A DNA stretch of 64,000 bases from Nemertoderma westbladi (lineage: Eukaryota; Animalia; Xenacoelomorpha): positions 1-64,000 of the forward strand of contig JAUCBJ010006851.1 of the NCBI GenBank assembly GCA_032718475.1, written 5' to 3'. A program made the translations under genes and the position numbers. Shown in pieces: positions 1-13,999 of this stretch. Numbering within the stretch: position 1 is the first letter of the stretch; every line of letters begins with the position of its first letter. A model generated the notes under the pieces. It ran no database searches. It saw only the letters and a list, made by a program, of their open reading frames with translations, and was not told the DNA's origin.

Positions 1-1019
1 AATTTCACTGGGCATTATCAGCACTAATATGCGATATTACCGAGACAAAACTCGAACTTTACAAACCCAGAGACATAATTCCCATTTATTATTTATAAAT
101 GATTTATATATCATAATATACTCAATATAATAACTTAGTCAGGTTCACTCTAAAGGATGCGAAATTTCCCGCCTACTCCTATACCACCCACCAACTCCCG
201 CTTCCTACTTATATCTTTTTATAACTTTAGAAATGAAAATAAATTGAATTAAGTTAGTAATTATTGCTAAATTAGTGTTGAGGATGCTTCGAAGATGGTT
301 GAGTTAGAGAGAAGGCGGAGTTAGTTGGAGGAGTAGCTACCGACCTGTAAATATCAGAATCCCCCAAGTACGAACTCGAGCCAAAACCATGACAGCAGGA
401 TCTTTAAGGATACAATTCTAGATTGGCGAACTAAAGTTGGAAACAGTATACGGGAAATTGTATGAAAAATGTTCTCTTTGTTTATCCAGTATGTGGAAAA
501 ATGAATAGTATTATAATATTTAAGAAAACCATAACATTAAATTAAATGCAGAAACAAGAAGCAACTACAACTTTGCCCTTTAATCTAAATGTTTAGTTCG
601 ACTGACGGATTCTGTCTGACTATCTTCTTTAAATATCGGGAGTAGGACGCCGTTTTACAGGTCAGCCACCCCACGGTGTTGGTGACTAACATTCTAATTC
701 ACTTAACCGAGGCCGCGGGGTTCCAATGAGGGCCGATTTAGGAGTAAACGCCCCCGTTTCAGGAATAATTCCGAGTAATTCGGGCTGTGCGTTCTGCTAC
801 TTGGAATCTAATTCTACTTGGGGGCTGCTGTTTGTGAGGATGGGATGATTCACACGCGATATGTTGGAGTTACTTTGTCTCCCTAATCTATTTATAAGTT
901 TGTGTTTCTTTACTGTAAGAACACAATAATAGTCGGGTTGGCGAAGGATTGAGCCCCTAAAATTAAATGTAACAGATTAAGATAAGGGAACTAATTTTCT
1001 CCAAGTGAGTAGCCGTGAT

Positions 1020-1895
1020 CCCACGGCTACTACGACTGCTACCAAGTGGCTACCACTGGAATCCCCCCTCTAACGACTGCTACCAAGTGGCTACCACTGG
1101 AATCCCCCCTCCATTAACGACTGCTACCAAGTGGCTACCACTGGAATCCCCCCTCCATTAACGACTGCTACCAAGTGGCTACCACTGGAATCCCCCCCTC
1201 CATTAACGGCTGCTACCAAGTGGCTACCACTGGAATCCCCCCTCTAACGACTGCTACCAAGTGGCTACCACTGGAATCCCCCCTCCATTAACGACTGCTA
1301 CCAAGTGGCTACCACTGGAATCCCCCCCTCCATTAACGGCTGCTACCAAGTGGCTACCACTGGAATCCCCCCTCCATTAACGACTGCTACCAAGTGGCTA
1401 CCAATGGAATCCCCCCTCCATTAACGACTGCTACCAAGTGGCTACCACTGGAATCCCCCCTCCATTAACGGCTGCTACCAAGTGGCTACCACTGGAATCC
1501 CCCCTCCATTAACGACTGCTACCAAGTGGCTACCACTGGAATCCCCCCTCCATTAACGGCTGCTACCAAGTGGCTACCACTGGAATCCATCCCTCCATTA
1601 ACGGCTGCTACCAAGTGGCTACCACTGGAATCCCCCCTCCATTAACGACTGCTACCAAGTGGCTACTACTGGAATCCCCCCCTCCATTAACGGCTGCTAC
1701 CAAGTGGCTACCACTGGAATCCCCCCTCCATTAACGGCTGCTATCAAGTGGCTACCACTGGAATCCCCCCTCCATTAACGACTGCTACCAAGTGGCTACC
1801 ACTGGAATCCCCCCTCCATTAACGGCTGCTACCAAGTGGCTACCACTGGAATCCCCCCTCCATTAACGACTGCTACCAAGTGGCTACCACTGGAA
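1020..1895. repeat. Minisatellite, ~44-bp unit (ctgctaccaagtggctaccactggaatcccccctccattaacga), about 20 copies
   Basis: Directly visible tandem units, e.g. starts at 1121 and 1165. Each unit contains the mini-palindrome agtgg-cta-ccact. Confidence 0.95.
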
Positions 1896-1969
1896 CCCCA
1901 CCACCCCCCTCCATCCACGGCTGTTACTTGTTACCAAGTGGTTCTAGTGGCTGTTGCCACTAGAACCCT

Positions 1970-2240
1970 CTCCGTGGGCTCTACCCCACGGCTACCACGG
2001 CTGCTACCAAGTGGCTACCACTGGAACCCTCCCCTCCCTGTTCTCGGGTCTACCCCACGGCTACCACGACTGCTACCAAGTGGCTACCACTGGATCCCTC
2101 CCCTCCCTGTTCTCGGGTCTACCCCAGGGCTACCACGGCTACTACCAAGTGGCTACCACTGGGACCCTCCCCTCCCTGTTCTCGGGTCTACCCCAGGGCT
2201 ACCACGGCTACTACCAAGTGGCTACCACTGGGACCCTCCC
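1970..2240. repeat. Derived 69-bp tandem repeat (~4 copies) sharing the ctaccaagtggctaccactgg core
   Basis: Visible tandem units that produce the 23-aa periodicity of ORF 1836-2264. Confidence 0.9.
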
Positions 2241-3419
2241 CTAAATTTCGAGCATGAAGAGTGATTTACATTACGTAGGAATAGTCGCTCTGTAATGTCA
2301 GGACAATATGTATAAACAGGATATAGAGGAATTCATTAAAAACAGGGTTGCTAATTTTCTGATTACGCTAAATAATATAGGTAAGTTTAATTTATCAATT
2401 TGTTGGGTACATTGGCAATTTATGGAAGACTGCAAGTAAAATTATAGAAGTAGAACAATTTAATGTCGAAAAGTATGAGTCGCCCCCTAACAAGAGCAAA
2501 TCGCCCAAAGTTTAGCGTCTAATAACCCATAAACGTCTCCTCCATGAATGGCTTACTATACTACCAATGGTTTCAAGTTTCATTGCACCAAGTGAGTGAA
2601 GTGAAGTTTATTGTTACTTGTTTATTGTTCTTTATTTATATATTTGTTTATTATTATTGTTATTGGGAGGGGGGTAGTGCTGGCCTATCCAACCAAGTAA
2701 CACGGACAGTTTCGAAAGGAACATCCTAAGCAGTGTAATTGTATTTATTTTTATTTTTACTGTTAGTATTTACTTGATTAATAATTTAGTAAAGGGATTG
2801 AAACATTAATTTAAATAAAGATGATTTACTTAAGTTCATTTACTAGAACGCCCAGTCTAAAGACAGGTTCGTCATTAGTTTATATTTTAATTTTCTTCCT
2901 AATGATTTTTTAGTGATACTTTGTTTTATATCTTTATCTAGGGTGTTCCAGACAACGGGCACCGTGATATTTTAATGATTTTTGTCCTAGTCATAGTCGA
3001 GTCCGTGGTATATAGTAATTTTCGTTTGTCGTTGATTGCGTGTTATAGGTGTGTACTGTACATGTTTGTTGAAACCGTGATGTAATAATGGTTTGTTTTT
3101 TGTTGTTATGAATTTACCACATTAGTTTAGCTGTTTCAAGTAATTGTAATTGTTCAATTGATAGTATAATTATTTAGTCGTCTGTAAAGTGGTGGTGTGT
3201 GTTCCCGGTTAGTGACTGAAAGTTATAGCTCTTAATAGTTTAATTTTACTTCTAATAGGTTTGATATGTTTAGACGTAGGTGTAGCCTGGACCTGGCCTG
3301 GTTTAAGTTTTATAATTAGCGTGTTGGCTTGGCAGCATGGCTAACATGTAAACTGAGTTTATACAGGCCAGTAGTGATTAATGTTATACTACTGATCCCG
3401 TAGTCACCCTGGTTACCGT

Positions 3420-4455
3420 AAGCATTGGTTACAAGGTTGCAATACATTACACGAAGTGGGGCCTTCGCGCAGCACGTGACTTAAATTTAATTTAAGTACT
3501 AATTCGAAAGTATTACTGTATTAGCAAATTTTAAGCAGATTTCGCCTAATCACTTTTTACCTCTTTCATTTCTATTCAGACATTTCTGACTCTAGCGGTA
3601 TAGTGAGAACTGAAGATGGATTAGGGTCTCCAGCCCCACAAAGACACAGCCTATGGATGAATAGTACATACGTACATCGGCCAAGTTTCATCTTGAATAA
3701 CGGATAACGAAATGAGAGACGGATCTCACTTTCAGAAATTTCGTCGTATAGCGGCAGACCGATTAAATCTCCCCCCCCCCACAAAGACGCAGCATGTGGT
3801 CCAGAATATATGGCAAGATTCAGCTTAAACTGATTAAAATCAATGAGACGGGAGAATCTATTCACTTTCAGGCATAAAGTAGTCCTATAGCGGGTGACTG
3901 TTGAACTGATTTTCAACAAAACAAATTTTCAACTTGGCAGCTTTAAATTCGACAAAGTTATAAGCATGTCAATATCATAACGACGACAACGATTTCACTT
4001 TCAGACATTTGGCCCTCTAGCGGCAGACTGGAGAACTGCAGATGGATTCGCCTCCTTTGAAAGTCACAGCTAATGGTCTAATACATATCTGCCAAGTGCC
4101 AAGTTTCAGCTTAAACGGATTAAAAGCAAAGAAATGGGAGGGCATTTAATGTTTAGACATGTGGCCCTCTAGCGGGAGACCATTGCACTGATGGTGTCTG
4201 AAAGTCTCTCAAAAATCTCAACTTTAGCTCATATTGATACCTACAAATTTTCAACTTGGCAGCTTTAAATCCGACAAAGTTATTAGCATGTCAAAATCGT
4301 AACGACGACGACGACGACAACGACGACGACGACGACAACGACGACGACGACGACACGACGACGACGACGACGACAACTATTTGCATAAATTGACCCACCC
4401 CCTAACAGTGTCAATTCGCTAAGGCTCCGCCAACTTCGTGGCTCGCCCCACAATA
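3420..4455 (-). mobile_element. Putative non-autonomous Helentron/HINE-like repeat
   Basis: Short subterminal inverted motif (gtggggc ~3457 / gccccac ~4445), an (ACG)n microsatellite near one end, and internal repeated blocks (3922-3990 vs 4245-4320; cagacatt..ctctagcgg x3). The same terminus recurs as a fragment at ~30130-30168. Classification is by architecture only. Confidence 0.45.
4302..4376. repeat. (ACG/ACA)n microsatellite
   Basis: Directly visible. Confidence 0.95.
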
Positions 4456-4659
4456 ACCATAGAAACCACCTCCTATTTATAATTCCATCAGGCACCTAAC
4501 CACTGGAATATCTACAGTAGTACCGTATAACTACATTATTAAACTGTATTTGAATCTTAATTAAAATAAATGCCAAACCCAAAAAAGTAATAATCTAAAA
4601 AATTCTAAAGGTTTAATCGGTCTCTAGGGTCAAAGGGATTCCAGGGCCCAAGTCTCTAG

Positions 4660-6125
4660 CCTTATCTCGGGTACGGTGCTCCACTTGGTTCTTATCTCGG
4701 GTGTGGTGCTCCACTTGGTTCTTATCTTGGGTACGGTGCTCCACTTGGTTCTTATCTCGGGTATGGTGCTCCACTTGGTTCTTATCTCGGGTACGGTGCT
4801 CCACTTGGTTCTTATCTCGGGCACGGTGCTCCACTTCGTTCTTATCTTGGGTACGGTGCTCCACTTGGTTCTTATCTCGGGTACAGGGCTCCACTTGGTT
4901 CTTATCTCGGGTACGGTGCTCCACTTGGTTCTTATCTCGGGTATGGTGCTCCACTTGGTTCTTATCTCGGGTATGGTGCTCCACTTGGTTCTTATCTCGG
5001 GTACGGTGCTCCACTTGGTTCTTATCTTGGGTACGGTGCTCCACTTGGTTCTTATCTCGGGTACAGGGCTCCACTTGGTTCTTATCTCGGGTACGGTGCT
5101 CCACTTGGTTCTTATCTCGGGTATGGTGCTCCACTTGGTTCTTATCTCGGGTACGGTGCTCCACTTGGTTCTTATCTTGGGTACGGTGCTCCACTTGGTT
5201 CTTATCTCAGGTACGGTGCTCCACTTGGTTCTTATCTCGGGTACGGTGCTCTACTTGGTTCTTATCTCGGGTACGGTGCTCCACTTGGTTCTTATCTTGG
5301 GTGCGGTGCTCCACTTGGTTCTTATCTCAGGTACGGTGCTCCACTTGGTTCTTATCTCGGGTACGGTGCTCTACTTGGTTCTTATCTCGGGCACGGTGCT
5401 CCACTTCGTTCTTATCTTGGGTACGGTGCTCCACTTGGTTCTTATCTCGGGTACGGTGCTCCACTTGGTTCTTATCTCGGGTACAGGGCTCCACTTGGTT
5501 CTTATCTCGGGTACGGTGCTCTACTTGGTTCTTATCTCGGGTACGGTGCTCTACTTGGTTCTTATCTCGGGTACGGTGCTCCACTTGGTTCTTATCTTGG
5601 GTACGGTGCTCCACTTGGTTCTTATCTCGGGTACGGTGCTCTACTTGGTTCTTATCTCGGGTACGGTGCTCCACTTGGTTCTTATCTTGGGTACGGTGCT
5701 CCACTTGGTTCTTATCTCGGGTACGGTGCTCCACTTGGTTCTTATCTCGGGTACGGTGCTCCACTTGGTTCTTATCTCGGGTGTGGTGCTCCACTTGGTT
5801 CTTATCTCGGGTACGGTGCTCTACTTGGTTCTTATCTCGGGTACGGTACCCCACTTGGTTCTTATCTCGGGTACAGGGCTCCACTTGGTTCTTATCTCGG
5901 GTACGGTACCCCACTTGGTTCTTATCTCGGGTACAGGGCTCCACTTGGTTCTTATCTCGGGTACGGTGCTCCACTTGGTTCTTATCTCGGGTACGGTGCT
6001 CCACTTGGTTCTTATCTCGGGTACGGTGCTCAACTTGGTTCTTATCTTGGGTACGGTGCTCTACTTTGTTCTTATCTCGGGTATGGTACTCCACTTGGTT
6101 CTTATCTCGGGTACGGTGCTCAAAT
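4660..6125. repeat. 30-bp minisatellite (ccacttggttcttatctcgggtacggtgct), ~49 copies
   Basis: Near-perfect 30-bp periodicity, which explains the long repetitive ORFs on both strands. Confidence 0.97.
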
Positions 6126-9061
6126 TGGTTCTCTATCTTAGCCGACTGTCAGGTTTCAGGCGCCGTTTAGCAGCCAAGCTACTTTCAAACGGCTGCCACC
6201 ATAGATTATGCGAGAACGAAAGTTGCTGGCGCCCGACTGAACAATGTACGTGTTGGCATTGCGGGAAACCAACACAAGAAGCGGAACACTATACTGCGTG
6301 CAGCGGACGGTATCCCCCCCCCCCCGGGGGGGGGGGGGGGGGATGTTACATGTTACATTTTTGCTACCAAACCTTTGCGTTCGACGTTTTGGATGTGACC
6401 TAAGTGTTATCAATTGTAGATCATATTTTGTTTCAAGTGTCACACCTTTGACCCATTTCCTGTAAGCCTTGGCAACGCTGCTGTTGCGGAACCCCTTAGA
6501 TTCTCTGACACTCCCGAACTTTGATACAATGAAATCTTTCGCCATAAACGTATGTAATGTACCACCCACCTGTGGGCTGAATCGATGTTTCGAGATTATT
6601 TCGGATCCCATTTCGTCGCATTCCTGTTCCATCAGGTATTATTTTCATCCCATAAGTTATCTTCTTTGCAGAATAGTTACACCCGTAGGATATAAAATAC
6701 CTCGATATTTTATTCCACGGCCGGCGGCCCTTTCATCTCAATGTGATATTATATTTACGTCCCAACGGGACGATAATAAATTCGCTTTTATAATATTTGC
6801 GTAGTTTTTAATGAATACTTGTAGTTCTTATTCATTGTGTTTTAGATTCTATTCGTGAAATGGAGATTAATACTTGATTAAATGTACATTTCGACTAGTT
6901 TATTTTTTAAACTTATTTTTTAAAATCAATCAATCATAAAAACATCGAACGTCCATCGCGAGTCTGTTATTGGTATATTGACTGTTTTCACTACCGGGAC
7001 GTCTATTTCCATTATTATGATAAAATTAACCCACCTTGTATTGATTTAACCAGCAGCGGCTTTATTGAACCAAACTGGCACAGTTGGAAAATCATATTAT
7101 TACATGTCTTTGCCTTTGGTTGTTGGCTGGGTTGAGAACAAATCTAACAACATGACTAAAATAAAGTTCATAGTCTACAAAGAGTGAATCAATGATAGGA
7201 GCTGAAATGTCAGTTTGTTTGTTAAAATCCAGAAGTATAGTACATCGTCCTTTAATTTCATTAAAAATTAAACCATTTAAAACATCAGTAAAATGTTTTA
7301 CGTAAACCAATGCAATGATAGTTGTTACTGATGTAGAGTAAGTATATACATTGTTACTACAACCAATGACTCAGTCGCTACGTTGCTATATTAACCACCG
7401 TGCACGTATGTAGCAGCTGTTTTTATAAAGACAGGTAATTCGATTTTATTTTAGCAGCGATATTGGTCGGCTTTGCGGCGGCAGCCGATTTTAATAGTCT
7501 GTAACATATTGCAGAGTTTATTACAGTAATATAGCAATGCAATGCAATATACAAACTTTAGGAATTCCACGTCATCTGTCTGTATTTGTAAAGGTAAATA
7601 CATCATTAATTGTTGGATAAGCAAAAATATCGCGAATGTTACACTACTTTATGATTTTGGTAAATAAACTGTACAAGTAGTATCAAAAATGTCAAAAAAC
7701 AAATAGAAAACCAAATAAATATAGATGGCCCAGTTTTAAAATGATTGGTGCCTCTGATAATTTAACAATTTTGCTTCATAATTCTTCGATATTGTAGTTT
7801 TGATCTTCCGTACACAGCCACACTCCTATATAAATATGAATCATCGACCACCAACTCAACCAGCCTGTATTCGCTAGACTTTAATCGATTGTAAGTGAAT
7901 CACTGCAAGAAACTGTAGCTATATATAATAGGTGTTGTGACAATGGCGGATCATTTACGTGCAAACCGATGAAAGAGAATAAATGAATAATTGGTGATGT
8001 GGCGGTGGCATATCACATAGTAAGAATGTTTGAAATATAACTTTACGCATTACTTGTTTATGGTTGGTAATATTTAAAGTTCTACTGAATTTGGTACTTA
8101 GTACGCCACACTACATAACCCCTTGTCAAAGAAATCTCCCATCTCCTTGCTTTTGTCTAATCTGTGAGTAAATAAGGTTGATATGTATATAATATGTCTA
8201 ATTAATATTGAACAACATAGGTAGAAGAACTACGACAGAAGAACTAATTCATGGCCCCATAATCACCCTCACCTTTATCCAGGTTCATCCACGTGGCTCA
8301 AGCCGTGTGGATCCTATTTAACCAATACCTTATAGGATTTCCTACCTTTGGTTGTAGTTGTGGCCTTGTACGGCTCTTTGTTTCCTCCTATATTGGTATT
8401 TTCGGCTAAGTTATGGAAGTGAAGCTGTGGGAAGAAGTGAATCTCACTCAAATTATTCCCTTATTGTATATGGAAACAAGGGTACTTGTCCCCCTCTGTA
8501 TAGATCCATGGTATTCGATAAGTATTATTCCTTATAAGTATTAGTAAAATAGTATATAATTCAAATGCATTGTAATATAATATGATATTACTAAATCCTT
8601 TGTTAATCCTCAGTGATGAAACGTCCCCCCTAGTGTCTTCCCGACATACTCAATGCAATAGACGCATATAATACTGTCCCTATATAACTCAGTACACTTC
8701 CATAGTTCCTATATATAAATTGCTGGTTGCATACAATTAGACCTACACAGTATTCCTTGTATCACAGAAGATATAACTTAATGTAATGTAGTGGATAACA
8801 CAACACAATATAGCAGATGGAGGAGATGATACCTCATGTGAAGCTGTCGATAATATCGATGTTCGACTTCTTATAAACATTTCTCTAATTTCATTGTTAC
8901 TATATAATTCTTACATTCATATTCCTTAGTTGATCAAAATTTGGTATACATAATATTCTGATTGAATCATTATATTACAGTAAAACATATTCTATAAAGA
9001 CAAACAAAATTTATCATTGTGAACTGAACATAAGCTCAACACAAAGCTGTACCCTACCTAT

Positions 9062-9239
9062 ATGCCTATAATGGCCTATAATTTAGGCATTGCTATAACA
9101 TGCCTACTACTTGGAGTTCTACTAGACATTAGGTTTGTTTCTGCAAAAGCTATCAAAGACATCGATGAGATCGGAGAAATAGAACTGAGGGAGAGTGAAG
9201 TGGATTTCCCGTCCGAGGTAATTGATCCTTCGTCTTCGG
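9062..9239 (+). CDS. Probable first coding exon of a secreted or membrane host protein (signal peptide plus acidic segment)
   Basis: MPIMAYNLGIAITCLLLGVLLDIRFVSA has a hydrophobic core and a VSA-type cleavage site. It is followed by a strong phase-1 donor G|gtgagt at 9240. Confidence 0.6.
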
Positions 9240-10944
9240 GTGAGTAATATGGATTAACATTTAATATATTTAATTTACATTCAAACAAACTGAAACATAC
9301 AATACATGCCATACAAGCTACATGTATACACATCCCATTATCGCTTCCGTTATTGCAGTATAGAGTATAGCGCAGACCTGAATCTGTTGGGGGGATTCGA
9401 TTCCGCTAATAATGCCAAAATATTATTTTGAGGTTATATGGGGTACCATTATGTCAATAGTTAAATATTTATGTAGAGTTGTAATGTTGGAAAAAGTCAT
9501 GTAACATACATGTAGTAAAAGTCCACAAGTCAAGTCAAGGTTGGTCAAGTTTTAATTGCTTTGAATAATCCAGCAGTAATGATTTACACTTTGATGCATA
9601 TTGCATACACGAAGTGTCAAACCAAATGTCAATAATACACAATATTTTTTTTTTTTTTTTTTTTTTATTTTTTTTTTATTTTTTTTTTTTTTGGTATTGA
9701 ATAATGGATTACAATTATTTTTTGAATTTACAGACAAGATAAACAATCATATTAACCTAAAGTACTGTAATGACATTCCAACTGTTTATTTTCCTCTCAT
9801 CAACTTCTTCCATCCAGCTGCAACATCGAATTGATTAGATATCGACTTTCCTACTCCTTTCTTCCCACACCCCTTCGATCTTCCTCTCTTTCCTTTCTTC
9901 TTCCCCTTTCCTCCACGACTCCTTGATCTACTCCCTTTACCTCGATGACTCTTTGATCTACTCCCTTTACCTCGGCGAGAATAACTCTATTCCACAGCGC
10001 TGATTGAACCCCGAACACAAAGGGCATTCCCCCTCACTATGGCTATCCCGATGCGTTGCTCAATATACACAATAATACACAATATATATATATATAATAT
10101 TACAAATTATTGTAGAAATATATAATACTTGAATATTATATAAGAAACCGCCGTGGGATAGGGGATCTGGTTTAGTGTATATATATTTGTAAGCATAAAA
10201 TAATAAATAAATAAAATATTATTATAAATAAACCTAGATCGACCTCAGAAAAAATTCATATATTACTTTATCATTATCTTTCGATATAATATGTATATCT
10301 TTTTCAAGTGTTGAAAACCAACTGTTTATAAATAAAATAAAATAACAATATATGTAGCGTGTCAAGTAGAAACCGTTTATATCAAAAAAAGGCTTTCTGA
10401 GAAAAATTCATTTAAAGTTTTATGGTGTGTGTATTATTTTTCTTGCAATACCCTATGGGCTAGAAAGATAGTTTCTGACTCAAAACCTTACGAGGAATCT
10501 GAAAATCTTGATTTAAACCACATAGTAAATCAATACATATTTCGCTAATATGAGATGTTTAAAGCTAATTCATACGATTTTAAATAACTGACGATTTGAA
10601 AAAATTGACGCTTAAGATTTAAATTTATGATTAACATAGTGTAATATCATGTCTTGGGTTGAGTTTTATTCGTTATTTACAACTCCCTTGTTTTGGAGGG
10701 ATATTTGAATTTTATTTTATTTTAACTGTTAAAATTTATACTAGATCTTTGTATAAGCAATGCTCCGCTTTTTATCGATAATACACTGGCATTGAATAAA
10801 CACTGTACTGGTAACATTACATTATCACTAGTCTTTTGGGCTTTTTTTAGATTAATACTCTTTTAAGGGGGGATTTTTTTTTATTTCATCTAGAGCAGAA
10901 TTTAATGAGGATTGCAAATCTGAAAACGGTTTAGCAAGATCTCT

Positions 10945-12131
10945 TGTACGCGCTTTTGAAGACCTTTAGCAGTTTAACCTGCCAAAATTTATATGTCTTT
11001 TGGTTTATAAATAGACTTTAGCATATGACAAGTATTTAATACCAATAAACACAACATTAGCCGAAGCCAGCCTAGTGCGCGTCCATTCACCCGCTGGATA
11101 TACCCGGGAGACTGGATTCGGAGGGCTTAGATTTTTATTGCAGTGTAAGCTTACGGTATTATTCGATTGATCGTTAATAAATAATCTCAGACGAATATTA
11201 TTCACTTTCGGGAAATATTAACAGTTCCTTTAGGACGTGGCGCTCTATCTAGGTAAACAGAGATATGACTTATACTAAACACAACGGTAAGACGGTAAGG
11301 CTTATGATTCACGTATGAGGCGCATTCTTTAGGAAATGCTTAGTTATCAGCCACAATCATGCACACTACCGGTACCGCACAATACTGCACACCAATCTGC
11401 CGACCGTCAATGAATTTTATCATACATAAAGAGAACAGCAATTGCCTCATGTAGTGCCTATCAAATAGCATTAAATTCACTACAAACCACGATAATATAA
11501 GTCGCAATCGCTATATGTAACCTGTCTCTCTAACCTGTAGTGTATCAAGAAAATTGGGAAATTTGGGTTATTTATCGATGTTCTCCAAGTAATAATATTC
11601 AACCAACTGATACAAATATTGACAGCAGTAAATAGCAGTATAATAATGTATGTTGCACTGAACTGTATGCTGTAAGACTGAACTGATTGGGTTGATAACA
11701 GTTATACGTTCTATAATCTAAGCCTACTAATGTTTCTTCTAAAGTCTGAAATCAATTGACTCCAGAGCCGGTGTTCTTGGCCTAGATAGAAACAACATAA
11801 CTCAAAACTAACAAACAGTAAGACAGAACACTCCTAGCACGATCTGTAGAATATCTCCACGTCGAAAGTAAAAATCGCCCTGATTGGCTGTTAAGCTGAA
11901 CAAAGAACCATGTGTCCAACGGGCGTTTCCATGCCAGCAACCAGCTGTTAGATGTCGTAATCTGAATCATCAAGGCTACACTGTGCTAGAGGATTTGACG
12001 CATTACGGGTTTTGTGCCTTGCCATGTCCGCCAAAGCACACATATAGAAGAATGACTTTTATGTCCGTTAAAACACCTACAACGGTACTTGGCGGGCAAG
12101 GGGACTGATTATATCCGCAAAAGCTTTTACA
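10945..12131 (-). repeat. E1 3' LTR
   Basis: Direct repeat of 25667-26853 with about 10 differences by eye (~99%). Confidence 0.97.
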
Positions 12132-12139
12132 CCGCTCCC
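12132..12139 (-). promoter_or_regulatory. E1 polypurine tract-like site (GGGAGCGG)
   Basis: Abuts the 3' LTR. The same GGAGCGG occurs at 32713 (E2) and 53183 (E3). Confidence 0.75.
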
Positions 12140-12208
12140 AGAAAATGGGATTCAAGTCTATAAATATACAAAATCACAGTTTCTAATATACGTAAATACT
12201 CTAAACAG

Positions 12209-13802
12209 TTAGTCTTTCTTGCGCGGACGGCGTTTACGCAGTTTTTTAAAGCTGGCCAGAGTCCTTTTCTCTTTGGGGCGAGCCACTTTACAAGGAGGGC
12301 TATAACTCCTGGGTGAAGGGTGCAATATGATTGCATCAGAGGGTGTAGGATTATGGTCGGTGTATCCGCCAGTCGAAGTGCCGGGTTGATTGACATCAAC
12401 GTCGGGGGAGAGGGGTCTAACGGCCTTTAGAGCGCGTTTTAGGACGGCCGCTCTTACGGGTCCTTTACGAGTGGTCTGAACAAGAGCCGTGGGTGGACCA
12501 TAGGCAGTCAGAAACTTCCTGGGTTTAATGGTTCTTTCCAACTCGCGTTCGCGGGCTCGGTATTCGTAAGGCCGTCGATATACTTCCTATAACTCGGGGT
12601 GTGAGTTAACAAATAAGTCTCCATAGTCCGGATCCTGACGGATAAAATTGATTAAGTTATAGGAATGAAGGTCGCTAGGATTAACACTCCTGAGAAATTT
12701 GCGTACAAATTTGGTTGAAATACATTCTCCGACGCGCTTCAGTAGTTCGTAACTCGATATGCGTGATTTCTGTTCGACAGAAGCGAATAGATAAGGATGG
12801 AACGCATAAACTCCTTCGTAAGCGCGTCCAGGATAATAGCGATGGCGCGAATCACAATGTAAATCAGCGTTCGCTTCCCAAGCTCTGATGTAACGTAGTG
12901 TGATCATTTCATCTACGCTTTCCAAATCGTGATTAAAAGGGCAATCGAAACTGGCGTGTCCCTTTAGTTGACAATGGTGACATTGAGTCATAAATTGAGG
13001 GCAAACCGCAAAAATATGCAAGTTATTGAGTCTGCAATATGCGCAATAAATTTCCATCGCCGGTTGTTCGTGGAAATAGGAACAGCGGACGTTTGTGTCC
13101 TTCAGTTTGTTGGTTGGGTATAGGGCATTCGTCACAATAATACCAAAGACGTACGTCCTGTAGAGGAAACGCGGGTGATCGTTCTCCAGTTTTGCAATAT
13201 TCTTCCATTTGTTCAAAACTATCCGGGATAACAGGTAGTGGACGATCGGCGGTAAGATACATCATAGTGAAATAGAGCCGTTTGAGTTCTACCATAGGGT
13301 CATGATGTATACCTTGAGGATATCGAGTCTCTAGGTTCTGCTGACTGGCGATGTTGAGATAGGTTTCTCTCAAAAATTCCAGGTAGTCGTTGAAGTCGAT
13401 GCGTTTATCCGGTTCTTCAACGTTTTCTCTTTCCAGTCTGTTACAAATAGAATTTTCGTGTTATATTCTCGGTTTATCGTTACGACTCCGCTGGGTATGA
13501 TATTTAAATAGAACCATTTCCCTTTCGGTGTCTACATCGTCCGTATCATGTAAATCGATAGGATGGCCGGTAGTTAAGAAGTCCATATACGTACCATTAC
13601 GATGCGTATAGCGAGCGGTGAATTTTCGATAGTCCAATTCACGCGTAAGTTGCTCTTGGGACATCGGCGGTTCGATATAACGACCATCGTCCTCCGTAAT
13701 GGTTGGATCGGCTTCACCGCGTATCATGCTATCCACAAATGCTTGTAAAGGTAGAGTATATCGCTCCCTGATACCAAGATCATCTTCTATCAACTCCGTC
13801 AT
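12209..13802 (-). pseudogene. E1 ORF3: ~530-aa triple-CCHC protein with a basic C-terminus, disrupted
   Basis: The ORF pieces join through in-frame stops at 13461 and 12587 and one frameshift near 13095. Motifs CAYCRLNNLHIFAVC and CHHCQLKGHASFDC align with E3 ORF3. Confidence 0.85.
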
Positions 13803-13843
13803 CTCTGCTATCTGAGTTTATTAATATCGAAATGAGTTTATGT

Positions 13844-13999
13844 TTAGGCTAGCGGGCGTCGCTGCCTACCTCTCGTTGCCCCCGGACAGTGGGATTCTCA
13901 GCGCCGATGTACCGTCGTCGCGGTGTTTACGCCAACATGTAGCAACAGCACGACAACGATAACCGGCACAAGTCACTCCACTGTCCGTCCCAAAGGCTT
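13844..13999 (-). ncRNA. Conserved structured cis-RNA module, copy A
   Basis: About 80% identical by eye to 50453-50617. Forms a long stem-loop plus a 3' hairpin, with G-U pairs on the minus strand. Confidence 0.7.

Noticed and set aside
1020-2264. CRISPR-like array or repeat protein
   Set aside because: Units are contiguous with no unique spacers, there are no cas genes and the context is eukaryotic.
4613-6403. Long ORFs (575, 489, 255 and 193 aa) on both strands
   Set aside because: By-products of a 30-bp repeat lacking stops, with no independent coding evidence.
13890-13985. TPP riboswitch-like GGAGUG..GCUGAGA..CCC in the shared module
   Set aside because: The P4/P5 half (CCUGAU..GCG.AGG) is missing and copy B does not keep the motif.
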